From an uncultured Gammaproteobacteria bacterium (GTDB lineage: Bacteria; Patescibacteriota; Patescibacteriia; Buchananbacterales; UBA6539), in contig CAZINP010000002.1 of the NCBI GenBank assembly GCA_964540635.1, forward strand, positions 99,346 through 163,345: a stretch of DNA of 64,000 nt, in the 5' to 3' direction. Shown here piece by piece: positions 38,462 through 49,320 of the stretch (position 1 is its first letter; each line of letters begins with the position of its first letter). The notes under the pieces are model-generated. The model saw only the letters and a program-made list of their open reading frames with translations, was not told the origin of the DNA and searched no databases. Both the position numbers and the translations under genes were made by a program.

Positions 38462-39322
38462 CTAGACTCTTTTTTCAAATTTTTTACCTCGATATTTCAA
38501 AAAATACTTTAAGCCTGAAATTAAGTGAATTTGTCCGCCGCGGCTTAAAATCCCAAGGATCCCCTCTTTTTCTGAAGAATACTGGGCGTGATAATGAATA
38601 ATTTCCACATCAGACAAATAAATAATTTTATAACCGTTTTCCCAAAATCGACGGCAGTAATCCATATCTTCAAAGTACATAAAATATCTTTCGTCTAACA
38701 GCCCAATTTTATCAGTGGCTGATCTTCTTACTACTAAACACGCGCCAAAGAGCCAATCAACTTCAATTGTTTTGTTATGATCAAAATCAATCATTAAATA
38801 TTTTTCGACCAATTTTTTGGCAAAAGACAATTTGCCAAAAGCGGTTCTTCTGAAAAGTGGGACTAAATAGTTTGGAAAACGACGGCAAGAATATTGCACC
38901 GTTTTATCCGGATTTAACAATTTCGGACCAACAATTCCCACCTCACGATTCGCATCCATGTATTCAACCATTTTTTCGATTACCCCGGGGACGATAGCAA
39001 TATCAGGATTTAAAATCATAAAATATTGCGCTTCACTGGCTTTAATTCCAATATTGTTTCCCGCCGAAAAGCCTCCATTAACTGGCGACTGAATGGTTTT
39101 AAAAGGCGGAATAATTATTTCTTTACCAATTAATTTCTCGTGCTTTGAAAAGTAATCCTTGGTTAACAATCCCCTGGTCATCTCCAAACTTTTATCTCCT
39201 GAATTATTATCAACAACAATAATTTCATAATCAATTTTAGGTTGAGATGAAATAATACCTTTTAGACACTGCTTTAGCAAACCCCTTGATTTATAATTTA
39301 AAATAATAATTGAAAGTTTCAT
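38462..39322 (-). CDS. Glycosyltransferase family 2
   Basis: LSIIILNY, VVDNNSGD, LNPD, DERYFMYFEDMD. Confidence 0.92.
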   Translation of the reverse strand: MKLSIIILNYKSRGLLKQCLKGIISSQPKIDYEIIVVDNNSGDKSLEMTRGLLTKDYFSKHEKLIGKEIIIPPFKTIQSPVNGGFSAGNNIGIKASEAQYFMILNPDIAIVPGVIEKMVEYMDANREVGIVGPKLLNPDKTVQYSCRRFPNYLVPLFRRTAFGKLSFAKKLVEKYLMIDFDHNKTIEVDWLFGACLVVRRSATDKIGLLDERYFMYFEDMDYCRRFWENGYKIIYLSDVEIIHYHAQYSSEKEGILGILSRGGQIHLISGLKYFLKYRGKKFEKRV

Positions 39323-39324
39323 AT

Positions 39325-40350
39325 TTATTTAAACCATTTTCTCATTTGAGATGCTGATATTTTTTTATGACGCATAATTATTTGCCTTTTCCTCAACGTT
39401 CTAGGCAATAAACTAAAAAAATTTATAATTGTCATAAACTGAAACGGCTCAAAAAAAAGAGTAGCAACCAAAACCTTACACTCTCGCGCCAAAAACCAGG
39501 GCAAAGCAAAAAATAAATTTTGCCACTCATCGTTTTTAACCAACATTAAATGTTGGTTGCGAAACGAATTGGCTCTTAAAAATTTAGAAATTTTCCGGCG
39601 AGCTGATAAGGCCTTGATTAAATTTGAACTGGCGGCCGGGAAACCGCGATGGTGATAACAAACTGCCGGCGGATAATACCAATTTTCAAAACCATACAAT
39701 CTTAAGCGCCAAGCCAAATCAACATCATCCTTGTAGGCATTAAAATCTTGGTCGGCGAATTCTTTTCCAATTGCGATTTCATTTAAAGCCTCAAACCGGT
39801 ACAAAGCGCAAGCACCGGTCAAGCCAAAAACTTCTTCGGTTCTGTCGTATTGACCTTTATCTTTTTCGCCCTCGCCGCGATCAACCGAACGTCGACTTTT
39901 ATAAATATCAAGGCCAGTTGAATCAATAAAATTAGATTTAACGGCTTGTATCATCCCTCCTTTATCATTGTCGTCTATATACTCTGTTTTTAACTTTAGA
40001 ATTTTTCCGCCAAAACTACCGCCATCAGGCTTTTGATCGGCAAACCCAACAAGTTCCTCCAAAAAATTATCGGACAAAATAACATCGGGATTTAAAGAGA
40101 GAATATACTCGCCCTTTGCCAGTAAAATGCCCTGGTTGGTTGCCCGGCAAAAACCTAAATTTTTATTATTTTCTAAAACTGTAACGGTTGGATAATTTGA
40201 CCTTATAAAATTTACAGTGCCGTCAACCGAAGCGTTATCAATAATCAAAATAGAAAAATCACGAAAAGTTTGACGCATTAAAGATTCCATGCAATCAAAA
40301 ATATAACGCATTGAATTATAAGTGACAATTTGAACGGATACTTTTGGCAT
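39325..40350 (-). CDS. Glycosyltransferase family 2
   Basis: VSVQIVTYNS, IDNASVDG, LNPD, YKDDVDLAWR; start placed at ATG 40350. Confidence 0.92.
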   Translation of the reverse strand: MPKVSVQIVTYNSMRYIFDCMESLMRQTFRDFSILIIDNASVDGTVNFIRSNYPTVTVLENNKNLGFCRATNQGILLAKGEYILSLNPDVILSDNFLEELVGFADQKPDGGSFGGKILKLKTEYIDDNDKGGMIQAVKSNFIDSTGLDIYKSRRSVDRGEGEKDKGQYDRTEEVFGLTGACALYRFEALNEIAIGKEFADQDFNAYKDDVDLAWRLRLYGFENWYYPPAVCYHHRGFPAASSNLIKALSARRKISKFLRANSFRNQHLMLVKNDEWQNLFFALPWFLARECKVLVATLFFEPFQFMTIINFFSLLPRTLRKRQIIMRHKKISASQMRKWFK

Positions 40351-40354
40351 AAAT

Positions 40355-41848
40355 TTATTTTTTCTCGGTAACCCAAAAACCCAGACGATATTTACCGCCA
40401 AGCATAAGACGAGTCTGGGCATCAGTTGCCGGCAAAGAACCAAAAATAATTAAAGTAAAAGGAACCATGAGCCATTGCAAAAGCATTACCAGATAGTGGT
40501 GCCATCGATAATGTTCGGGTTTTTGAGGCAGCATTATAGAATACAAAACCGCAATCAAAACCATGCCTAACATTGAAGCCCGCATTAAAAGCGCAAGTAC
40601 ATGAGGCGTATTCTGAAACAAGGCCGTTTCGCGTTCATATTGCCTTGCCAACCAAAGCGGCAAATAACCCGCTAAAAGCATTATCAAAGGCGCAGTTGCC
40701 CAAGAATAAACACCTTCGGTCTGATTCCAAAGATAAATTATTTTTTTAAAAAATGGCACATTTCTTCCCTGACCGCTCTTAAACCAAAATTGTTTTACCA
40801 TCCAAGGAAAATGCTCTACCCCCCAAGCCCAACGCCTCATCTGTTTGTATTGATTGATTAAGCTTCGTTTAAAATCACCAATCTCAACGGTGTTCATATA
40901 AACCGGAATATACATTGGCACTGTTTGATAATCGCCATTGTACCTAACCAAACACTGCAAAAAGATTCTTGAATCTTCGGTTACAATTGTATTATCCCAA
41001 TAGCCAACATCAACCAAAGCGCGAAAACTCATACTATGCGAAGAGAACGTAAAAAGTCTTTCCGGCCTTGAAAGATCGGTAAAAAGCCAAAAAGTCGTTG
41101 AGCTGGCCACAACCCTGACAACCGGATTTGATTCCCAAACGTTGTTATTATAAATCGCTATTGGCTGATAGCTTGAATGAGTCGGTTTCGGGTTGGTTAA
41201 ATATTTATAAGTTAAACAGCCAAAATACTGATCATGAACACAAGTATCAATATCAAAATTAGAAACAATTACTTTGCCGTAATCAAGACCAAGCTCATCG
41301 ATTAGCTTGTGTGCTTCAATTGCCGCATAATGAGTATTTGACCCCTTGCCCGGCAGTTCCCCTGCAATATCTTTGGGGTGAACCGTAATTAAAAATTTAA
41401 AAAACTTATTGGCGTATTTTTGCTTGATTTCTTCTGCGATTTTTAAAAAATTATCCTTGTCTCTCTCTTCGCCGGCCAGAACTAAAATAAATCTATCTAA
41501 ATCGTAATTTGATTCACAAATTGCCTTAAAAGGCTTTTCGACAACGTTAAACGGTTCCTTATATGTCGGTAAAAAAACCAAATGATAATAATCACGGTAA
41601 TTTTTATCAAGTTTTTTCACCTTGGAAAACCAGTCTATTCTTACATCGCGTTGAAAACGATACCACGAAGCAAGGAGATAAATCATCATATAAAGTATCC
41701 TTAACAACCAATAGATATCAAAAGCAATTATAAAATATATCGCCCACAACGGTTTAATAAAAGAAACAAGGACAATACCGATGAGGGTTGTCCAAACAAG
41801 GATTCCTGGGATCATTTCCAGAATTCTAAATTTTCTTTCTTCTGTCAT
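40355..41848 (-). CDS. Membrane-integral processive GT2 glycosyltransferase
   Basis: DID, TED and QMRRW (D,D,D,QxxRW) with flanking TM helices. Confidence 0.88.
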   Translation of the reverse strand: MTEERKFRILEMIPGILVWTTLIGIVLVSFIKPLWAIYFIIAFDIYWLLRILYMMIYLLASWYRFQRDVRIDWFSKVKKLDKNYRDYYHLVFLPTYKEPFNVVEKPFKAICESNYDLDRFILVLAGEERDKDNFLKIAEEIKQKYANKFFKFLITVHPKDIAGELPGKGSNTHYAAIEAHKLIDELGLDYGKVIVSNFDIDTCVHDQYFGCLTYKYLTNPKPTHSSYQPIAIYNNNVWESNPVVRVVASSTTFWLFTDLSRPERLFTFSSHSMSFRALVDVGYWDNTIVTEDSRIFLQCLVRYNGDYQTVPMYIPVYMNTVEIGDFKRSLINQYKQMRRWAWGVEHFPWMVKQFWFKSGQGRNVPFFKKIIYLWNQTEGVYSWATAPLIMLLAGYLPLWLARQYERETALFQNTPHVLALLMRASMLGMVLIAVLYSIMLPQKPEHYRWHHYLVMLLQWLMVPFTLIIFGSLPATDAQTRLMLGGKYRLGFWVTEKK

Positions 41849-41929
41849 GCCTTTATTTAACCATAAAATTATTAATTTGACAAGTATAAAAACGCCATCA
41901 AGGCGTTTAAAAATCTTGTTGATTACCCC

Positions 41930-43519
41930 TTAAATTAGTGGCCGACCAGTCATCTCAGGCGGCTGAGGTATCTCAAAAATATTTAATATTGTCGGCGCAA
42001 TATCAGCAAGCATGCCCGAAGGCGTTAAAATACTTAAATCACCGCCCAAACTATCCATACCCGTGGTCAGCTTTTGCCCTTCCCAGCGAGACCCAACCGC
42101 AATAAACGGCACAGGGTTAGTGCTATGTTCTTTATCAACTTCGCCGGTCTGTAGGTTAATTAATTCCTCGGCATTGCCATGATCAGCGGTAATAAAACAA
42201 ACACCATTTTGCGATAAAACGGCATTTACCAAATTACCCAAACACTTGTCAGTTGCCTCAATGGCTTTTATTGTTGCCGGGATTACGCCGGTATGGCCAA
42301 CCATATCAGGATTGGCATAATTTATAACAATAAAATCATTTTTTGCTTCTTTAATGCTTGCAATAACTTTTGTGGTCAGCTCATTCGCGCTCATCTCCGG
42401 CTTTTGGTCGTAAGTAGGCACCGATGGCGAAGGAACTAAAATTCTTGACTCACCCTTAAACTCATCTTCACGACCGCCATTAAAGAAAAAGGTAACGTGA
42501 GCGTATTTTTCCGTTTCGGCTGCATGAAGTTGTGCAAGATTGTTGTCTTGTAAAATTCTTGATAGCGAACGTTCAATCATTTCGGGAGGGAAGGCAACTT
42601 CGACCGGCAAGTCTTTATCATATTCCGTAAAAGTTGCAAAAAATAAATCGTTGTATTTTTTTTGACGATCAAATTTATCAAAAGTCGGCAAAGTAAATAC
42701 GGCTGTCATCTGCCTGGCTCGATCGGCTCGAAAATTAAAAAATATCACCGAATCCTTGTCTTCAATTAAACCAATCGGCTTGCTTTTTTGAGTAACGACA
42801 ATTGGTATAAATTCTTCATCATAAATTCCCTGCTGATATGATTTCTCAATCGCCTTGATTGGGTTTTCTTCTTTTATTTCACTTTTTCCCAATGCCATAG
42901 CTGAATAAGCCTTCTCAATTCTATCCCAATGATTATCTCTGTCCATGGCATAAAAACGCCCGGAAATTGAGGCAATCTTACCGAAACCAACCTCATTGAT
43001 TTTGCTTTGAAGCATTTTAACATAATCAAGTCCGCCATCTTTTTTCGTATCTCTACCATCTAAAAAAACATGGATAAAAACATCTTTAAAATTTTGTTTA
43101 TGGCACAGCTCGAGCAAGGCATACAAATGATCCTGGTGAGAGTGTACACCACCGTTTGAAACCAGGCCCATTAAATGAAGTCGTGATTTGTTTTTCTTTG
43201 CCGAATCTATTGCCTTAATCAAAGTCTTATTTTTGTCCAAAGCGCCAATCTCAATTGCCCTGTTAATTCTAGGCAGGGTTTGATAAATAATTTTTCCAGA
43301 ACCGAGATTCAAATGTCCAACTTCGGAATTGCCCATTTCTCCCCAAGACAAACCAACCGCTTCACCAGAGGCCTGCAGAGTCATTACCGGATAAGTTGAA
43401 ACCAGGTGGTCAAAAACCGGTTTTTTAGCCAGCGTTACACCGTTACCCTTGGAATGAGGCGCAACCCCCCAACCATCAAGGATAACTAGAGCAATAGGTT
43501 TTGGTCTGATAATTGGCAC
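41930..43519 (-). CDS. gpmI: 2,3-BPG-independent phosphoglycerate mutase (copy 1)
   Basis: ILDGWG, GNSEVGH, ETEKYAHVT, DMVGHTG, TADHGNAE. Confidence 0.96.
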   Translation of the reverse strand: MPIIRPKPIALVILDGWGVAPHSKGNGVTLAKKPVFDHLVSTYPVMTLQASGEAVGLSWGEMGNSEVGHLNLGSGKIIYQTLPRINRAIEIGALDKNKTLIKAIDSAKKNKSRLHLMGLVSNGGVHSHQDHLYALLELCHKQNFKDVFIHVFLDGRDTKKDGGLDYVKMLQSKINEVGFGKIASISGRFYAMDRDNHWDRIEKAYSAMALGKSEIKEENPIKAIEKSYQQGIYDEEFIPIVVTQKSKPIGLIEDKDSVIFFNFRADRARQMTAVFTLPTFDKFDRQKKYNDLFFATFTEYDKDLPVEVAFPPEMIERSLSRILQDNNLAQLHAAETEKYAHVTFFFNGGREDEFKGESRILVPSPSVPTYDQKPEMSANELTTKVIASIKEAKNDFIVINYANPDMVGHTGVIPATIKAIEATDKCLGNLVNAVLSQNGVCFITADHGNAEELINLQTGEVDKEHSTNPVPFIAVGSRWEGQKLTTGMDSLGGDLSILTPSGMLADIAPTILNIFEIPQPPEMTGRPLI

Positions 43520-43534
43520 TGTTTATGATTATTA

Positions 43535-45121
43535 TTAAAATAAAGTTTTACCTGCCATTTCTTTGGCCTTTTTCTTATCCATTAACTTTAATATAGTTGG
43601 CGCAATATCGCCAAGCTTTCCTTTTTTAAGTGTAACTTTTCTGCGTTTATATTCAGCCAAAATTAATGGCACGGGATTACTTGTGTGTTCAGTATAAATC
43701 TCGCCGGTATCTAAATCAATCATTTTCTCAGCATTGCCATGATCGGCCGTTACAATTAATGTTCCTTTTCTTTTTTTAACCTCTTTAAATATTTCTCCTA
43801 AATATTTATCAGCATATTCAACGGCTTTAATGCATGCCTTTAAATTACCGGTATGGCCAACCATATCAGGATTAGCAAAATTTATAGTGATAAAATCGTA
43901 ACAACTGATGTATTTTTTAACCTGTTGAACTATTTTTGCCACTGACATTGCCGGCGTTTTATCATAGGAATCAATGTTTGGGGAAGGCACCATAAGCCAA
44001 TCGGCCCCATCGGGCGGTTGAGAATAACCACCATTGAAAAAATAAGTTACATGAGCATATTTTTCTTTCTCGGCAATATATAGCTGACGAGTATTCTTCA
44101 AAACAAACGGCAAACTATTAAAAACATCAATTGGGGGGGAAGCAGTTAAAATTGAATCAAGGTCCGGGCCAAAATCAGTCATGGCCACAAATAAAAGATT
44201 TTTTAAAACCTTTTTTCGCTCAAACGCCCCAGGATTGGCAACCGTATTAAACTTATCCTGAACAAACGGTTTGGCCATTTGTCGTGCTCGATCTGATCGT
44301 AAATTGAAAAATATTATTGCATCATTATCTTTAATTTTGCCTAAGGGTTTGCCATTTTTCTTAATCACATAGGGCGGGATAAACTCATCCGATTCTCCCC
44401 TATTATAGGCTTGGGTTATGGCTTCTTGCGGACTCTTGGCAAATTTACCTTTTCCTAAGACCATTGCATTATAGGCTGCTTCGGTTCTTGACCATTCTTT
44501 TTTTCTATCCATGGCATAAAACCGACCAATTACTGTTGCAATTAATTCACCGGAATAAGTATTGCCAACTTTTTTATTTTTCAATTGGCGCATCAGGGAC
44601 TCAACTAACTTCAAGGCGGAGTGTGGCGGCGAATCGCGACCGTCGGTAAAAAGATGCAAATAAACGTTCTTTACTTTATGAACTCTGGCACAAGCCAACA
44701 AAGCCAAAAGGTGGTCAGGATCAGAGTGGGCCGATTGTCCGTTGGACAACATACCCATAATGTGCAAATCGGAATGGTATTTTTTAATGTGGGTACAAGC
44801 CGCGGCAAATGCCGGATTGCGAAAAAAACGTCCTGAATTAATTTCCTTAGAAATTAAAATCGCATCTTGATCAACAACTCGACCGGCACCAATATTCATA
44901 TGACCAGCCTCGGAATTACCATGCTGAAGAGGCGGCAAACCAACAAAACCGTCGGAAGCTTGCAATAAGGTGTGAGGATAATTTTTCCAAAGATAATCAA
45001 AATTTGGCTTTCTGGCAAGCTCAACGGCATTACCGCGATTCATAGGCGCAATTCCCCAGCCGTCCAAAATTAAAAGGACAAATGGCGGTTTTTTGCATTT
45101 TTTCCGATTATACTTTTGCAT
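43535..45121 (-). CDS. gpmI: 2,3-BPG-independent phosphoglycerate mutase (copy 2)
   Basis: ILDGWG, GNSEAGH, EKEKYAHVT, DMVGHTG, TADHGNAE. Confidence 0.94.
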   Translation of the reverse strand: MQKYNRKKCKKPPFVLLILDGWGIAPMNRGNAVELARKPNFDYLWKNYPHTLLQASDGFVGLPPLQHGNSEAGHMNIGAGRVVDQDAILISKEINSGRFFRNPAFAAACTHIKKYHSDLHIMGMLSNGQSAHSDPDHLLALLACARVHKVKNVYLHLFTDGRDSPPHSALKLVESLMRQLKNKKVGNTYSGELIATVIGRFYAMDRKKEWSRTEAAYNAMVLGKGKFAKSPQEAITQAYNRGESDEFIPPYVIKKNGKPLGKIKDNDAIIFFNLRSDRARQMAKPFVQDKFNTVANPGAFERKKVLKNLLFVAMTDFGPDLDSILTASPPIDVFNSLPFVLKNTRQLYIAEKEKYAHVTYFFNGGYSQPPDGADWLMVPSPNIDSYDKTPAMSVAKIVQQVKKYISCYDFITINFANPDMVGHTGNLKACIKAVEYADKYLGEIFKEVKKRKGTLIVTADHGNAEKMIDLDTGEIYTEHTSNPVPLILAEYKRRKVTLKKGKLGDIAPTILKLMDKKKAKEMAGKTLF

Positions 45122-45128
45122 TTTTTAG

Positions 45129-46385
45129 TTAAGCTAATTCACTTTCAATTTCAAGCAATCGATTATACTTCTCCACCCTTTCTGAGCGGGAAAGTGAGCC
45201 GGTTTTAATAAATTCTGAATTAACGGCCACGGCCAAATCAGCAATGGTAGTATCACCGGTTTCACCTGAGCGATGAGATATTGAGGTTTTATAACCGTTT
45301 TTGTGAGCCAATTCAATTGCATCAATTGTTTCGGACAATGTTCCGATTTGGTTAAGCTTGATTAGAATTGCATTGGCTACGCCATCTTTAATGCCCTTTT
45401 CTAAACGCCTTACATTAGTTACGAACAAATCATCGCCAACCAAAGTAATATTTTTTCCCAGTTGCTCAGTAATTAAAGCCCAATGCTCCCAATCATCTTC
45501 TGCCAAACCGTCTTCAATGGAAACAATAGGATATTTTTCCACCCAAAACTTTTCTATATCAACCATCTCTTTCGGGGTTACGATCTTATTGTCAGCCTTG
45601 AGTTCATAAACCTTTTTCTCGTCATTAAAAAATTCGGTTGAGGCTGCATCAATTCCTAGTAACACATCCTTACCGGGCTCGTAACCGGCATTTTTTATTG
45701 CCTTGATTATATACTCAAACGCGATCTCATTGCCGGGCAATTTTGGCGCATAACCGCCCTCATCACCTTTTAAGGTGACATAATCTTCGCTCTTTAAGAT
45801 TTTACCCAAAGCACTGAATATTTCGGCACCACACCTGATTCTTTCCTTAAAAACCTTTTGCTGAGGAATAACCATAAATTCCTGAATATCCAAAGACCAA
45901 TCTGCGTGCGCTCCGCCATTCAAAATATTCATAGTCGGATATGGTAGCTGCCAATCGTTATACTTTAGACCAAAGTTTTCTCTAATATATTGATATAGAG
46001 GCAAACCTGATTTTTGAGCGCAGGCTCGAGCAAAAGCCAAGGAGACGCCTAAAATTGCATTGGCGCCAAGCTTAGACTTATTTTCCGTACCATCGAGCCT
46101 TAGCATTATCTCATCCAATTCTCGTTGATCAGAAATTTCCTTGCCAACCAATTCTTGAGAAATAACTTTATTAACATTTTCAACTGCCAAGAGAACTCCT
46201 TTGCCATTATATCTTGATTTATCATTATCGCGCAGTTCCAAAGCTTCATGCGCGCCAGTTGAAGCACCTGATGGAACTTGCGATTTAGCCGAAGTTCCAT
46301 CGTCCAGCGTTAAAATTACTTCGACAGTTGGATTTCCCCTTGAATCCAGAACCTCCAGGGCTTTAATCTTTTCAATCTTAGGCAT
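45129..46385 (-). CDS. eno: Enolase
   Basis: DSRGNPTVE, VPSGASTG, SHRSGET, KYNRLL. Confidence 0.98.
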   Translation of the reverse strand: MPKIEKIKALEVLDSRGNPTVEVILTLDDGTSAKSQVPSGASTGAHEALELRDNDKSRYNGKGVLLAVENVNKVISQELVGKEISDQRELDEIMLRLDGTENKSKLGANAILGVSLAFARACAQKSGLPLYQYIRENFGLKYNDWQLPYPTMNILNGGAHADWSLDIQEFMVIPQQKVFKERIRCGAEIFSALGKILKSEDYVTLKGDEGGYAPKLPGNEIAFEYIIKAIKNAGYEPGKDVLLGIDAASTEFFNDEKKVYELKADNKIVTPKEMVDIEKFWVEKYPIVSIEDGLAEDDWEHWALITEQLGKNITLVGDDLFVTNVRRLEKGIKDGVANAILIKLNQIGTLSETIDAIELAHKNGYKTSISHRSGETGDTTIADLAVAVNSEFIKTGSLSRSERVEKYNRLLEIESELA

Positions 46386-46409
46386 AAATTAAATTTTTAT
46401 ATAATTCAA

Positions 46410-47222
46410 TTATAAAACTTCGTAAGTTACAACAACGTTAACGATTACATCTTGACTGCCAACCTGCAAATCAGGCGCCGGGACAGCAACGTCTCCGCCC
46501 ATACCATAACCTTCCACTTTCAAGACGCTGTCGCGATAAACAACCGAGCCTGGTTGGCTATAGCTCTCGGTAAAAGACACCAGCTTGCCCAGCTTAACAC
46601 CGGCGATTTTAGCTAGCGATTCGGCTTTTTCTTTTGCCTTAACCAAGGCGATTTCGCGAGCTTCTTGTTTAACTTTTTCCGGATCGTCAATTGTAAAATT
46701 TAAACCACCAACCTGATTAGCACCCAATGAACCCGCTTTTTCTACAATCTGACCAACATTATCCAAATTACGAATTTTTACATTAACTGATTGAGAGATT
46801 GAATAACCGCGCAATGTCTGACGGCCATTGGTATAATCATATTGCGGATAAATATTGTAATTGGTTGTTTGAATATCTTTTTCTTCAATGCCCATTGATT
46901 TTAATTGAGCAATGATTTTATTCATCTTCTCGGTATTTTCTTTTTGGGCTTCTGCTACAGTCGCCTTCTGGGTCTCTAAACCCAAAGAAATTTGGGCGAT
47001 ATCAGGCACAGAAGTAACCTTACCCTCACCGTCAACTGAAATTGTATAAGTTTGCTGGCTTTCGCGACCAATGTAATCGTGTTTTTTAATTTCATTCCAG
47101 GTTAAAACTGAAATAAAAACCACCAACCAAATAGTTAAAATTACGCCAAGAATTTTCCAAACCGGAATATTCTGGCAACATTTTGCATTGTTCATAGATT
47201 TATTGATTTTAAGATTAAACAT
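46410..47222 (-). CDS. SIMPL domain (DUF541) protein
   Basis: ISVDGEGKVTSVPDIA, IQTTNYNIYPQY, KAESLAKIAGVKLG. Confidence 0.9.
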   Translation of the reverse strand: MFNLKINKSMNNAKCCQNIPVWKILGVILTIWLVVFISVLTWNEIKKHDYIGRESQQTYTISVDGEGKVTSVPDIAQISLGLETQKATVAEAQKENTEKMNKIIAQLKSMGIEEKDIQTTNYNIYPQYDYTNGRQTLRGYSISQSVNVKIRNLDNVGQIVEKAGSLGANQVGGLNFTIDDPEKVKQEAREIALVKAKEKAESLAKIAGVKLGKLVSFTESYSQPGSVVYRDSVLKVEGYGMGGDVAVPAPDLQVGSQDVIVNVVVTYEVL

Positions 47223-47228
47223 ATTAAA

Positions 47229-48455
47229 TTATTTAATAATTGATTTAAGTGCCGGCAAGTCTTTGCCACCCAACAATTCCAAGCTGGCGCCGCCACCGGT
47301 TGAAATATGAGTAAACTTCCCGTCCAGTTTATATTTTGCCACAACTATTTCCGTATCCCCTCCGCCGATAACTGTTGTTGCTTTTGACCTGGCAATCGCT
47401 TCTGCGATTTTTTTGGTTCCAAAAGCAAATTTATTAATTTCAAATACGCCCATTGGTCCATTCCAAAAAATTGTCTTGGCCTGTTTTAATTCAACCAAAT
47501 AATTGGCAACTGTCCCGGGACCAACATCTAAAAAAAGATGATTCTTATTAATAACCTCTTTGTTTTCCAAATCAATTGTTTCAACCAAAGCTTTTTCGTC
47601 AATCTTATTTCCGGATATCAAATCAACCGGTAACAAAATCTTATTCGGGTATTGTTTAAGTAATTTTTTTGCTACTTTTAAAATATTTATCTTTTTTCTT
47701 TTTGCTTTATCAACAAAAGAACTCTCAACCATCGATTTTCCAACTTGATAGCCCTTGGCTTTCAAAAAGACATTAGCCGCACCGCCGCCCAATAAAACCT
47801 TGTCGGCAACGTGGACTAAGTGCTGCAGGACAGCCACCTTATCTGACATTTTTGCCCCACCCAAAACCACCACCAAGGGCTTCTGGGGCTTGCTTGACAG
47901 TGAAGTTAAAAATTTAATTTCTTTTTGCAAAAGCAAGCCGGCATAGGTTGGGCGCAAATGAGTTATGCCCACAGTTGAGGAATGAACGCGATGAGCCTGG
48001 GCAAAAGCATCAAAACAAATCAAATCAATACCATGAACAAGAAGTTTTGAAAAAATTCGGCTGTTATCCTCCTCTTGCGGGTAAAAACGCACATTCTCTA
48101 ACATCAAAATTTGACCGGATTTTAAATGGCTGATTTTTTCAAAAACTTTGGGGCCAACGCAATCATCAAGTTTTTTTACCGGCTTTTTTATCAACTTCGA
48201 AAGCGCCTTTGCCACCGGATCCATTTTATATTTATCAACCACTTTTCCGCCGGGACGCGAAAGCCAAGACAAAACAACAACCCGACATTTATTTTTTAAA
48301 AGAAACTTTAGGGTTGGCAAGGTTTCTTTAATCCTTCTATCATCAGCAACCTGCCATTTCCCATCAACCTCTTTTAGAGGTACATCATAAGCAACACGAA
48401 AAAGAACGGTCTTATTGCGTAAATTCTTTACCTCCTTAATTGACTTAAGTTTCAT
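47229..48455 (-). CDS. pgk: Phosphoglycerate kinase
   Basis: LENVRF, DAFAQAHR, GGAKMSDK, WNGPMG, STGGGASLE. Confidence 0.96.
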   Translation of the reverse strand: MKLKSIKEVKNLRNKTVLFRVAYDVPLKEVDGKWQVADDRRIKETLPTLKFLLKNKCRVVVLSWLSRPGGKVVDKYKMDPVAKALSKLIKKPVKKLDDCVGPKVFEKISHLKSGQILMLENVRFYPQEEDNSRIFSKLLVHGIDLICFDAFAQAHRVHSSTVGITHLRPTYAGLLLQKEIKFLTSLSSKPQKPLVVVLGGAKMSDKVAVLQHLVHVADKVLLGGGAANVFLKAKGYQVGKSMVESSFVDKAKRKKINILKVAKKLLKQYPNKILLPVDLISGNKIDEKALVETIDLENKEVINKNHLFLDVGPGTVANYLVELKQAKTIFWNGPMGVFEINKFAFGTKKIAEAIARSKATTVIGGGDTEIVVAKYKLDGKFTHISTGGGASLELLGGKDLPALKSIIK

Positions 48456-49248
48456 TTTTTTTGTTTGATTTCTTAGTTATTTTAACCGCACAAAATTCTT
48501 TATCCGCACCATTAAAATAAGGCTCAACCTCACAATCAAAACCCAAGGATCTAATTTGTTCCGGCAAGCGAGAATCCAAGAAAACAAAATCCCGATAGAC
48601 CTCCTTTAATCGATCCTTGTTTCTATTCATGATCTCGAGCTCTTCTTGGCGCTTCCTGTCAAAATCCCGAGCACTTTTCTCGCACGCAGAGTTATAAACT
48701 CCGTTAAAAATAAAATAGCCTCCTGGCTTTAATGTTCGTATTGCTTCTCGCAAAAAGTCTAATTCTCCTTTTTCATCTGGTATAAAATGAACAACATGAT
48801 TGGCAATAGAAATATCAACGGAATTGTCTCGTAGCGGCAACGACCTCATATCTCCTTTTATCGCCAAAATCTTATCTAAATATGGCGCTAAATCACCATC
48901 GGCCCTAAGCTCCTTTAGCATATATGAGGATTTGTCCAAGGCAATAAGCTTTCCAACCATTGGCAGTATTTCTCTTTCCAGGCGACCACCAGGACCACTT
49001 CCCAAATCTAAAACCGTCTTGCCGTCAAGCTCATCGCGGACCTCTCTTATTATTTTATCCCAGGGATTCTCGTCACTATTTTGATCTACTCTATTAATAA
49101 TTTCTTTTGCATTACCGATAATTGACAACACTTTTTGGTGATCTGCCTCCATCCCTCCATAACCTTCTTCTGATTTTTTATAATCACGAGCAACACCTTT
49201 GTCGTCCCAGCCGGTTTCAAAATAAATTCTGTTTCTTAAATTATCCAT
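48445..49248 (-). CDS. Class I SAM-dependent methyltransferase
   Basis: VLDLGSGPG, GDMRSLPL, LKPGG. Confidence 0.88.
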   Translation of the reverse strand: MDNLRNRIYFETGWDDKGVARDYKKSEEGYGGMEADHQKVLSIIGNAKEIINRVDQNSDENPWDKIIREVRDELDGKTVLDLGSGPGGRLEREILPMVGKLIALDKSSYMLKELRADGDLAPYLDKILAIKGDMRSLPLRDNSVDISIANHVVHFIPDEKGELDFLREAIRTLKPGGYFIFNGVYNSACEKSARDFDRKRQEELEIMNRNKDRLKEVYRDFVFLDSRLPEQIRSLGFDCEVEPYFNGADKEFCAVKITKKSNKKNET

Positions 49249-49320
49249 AAAAAAATAAAATCAAAAACAAATAAATTATAACATAAAACATTGTCTCCGT
49301 AAAGGCAACTAAAAACTCTC

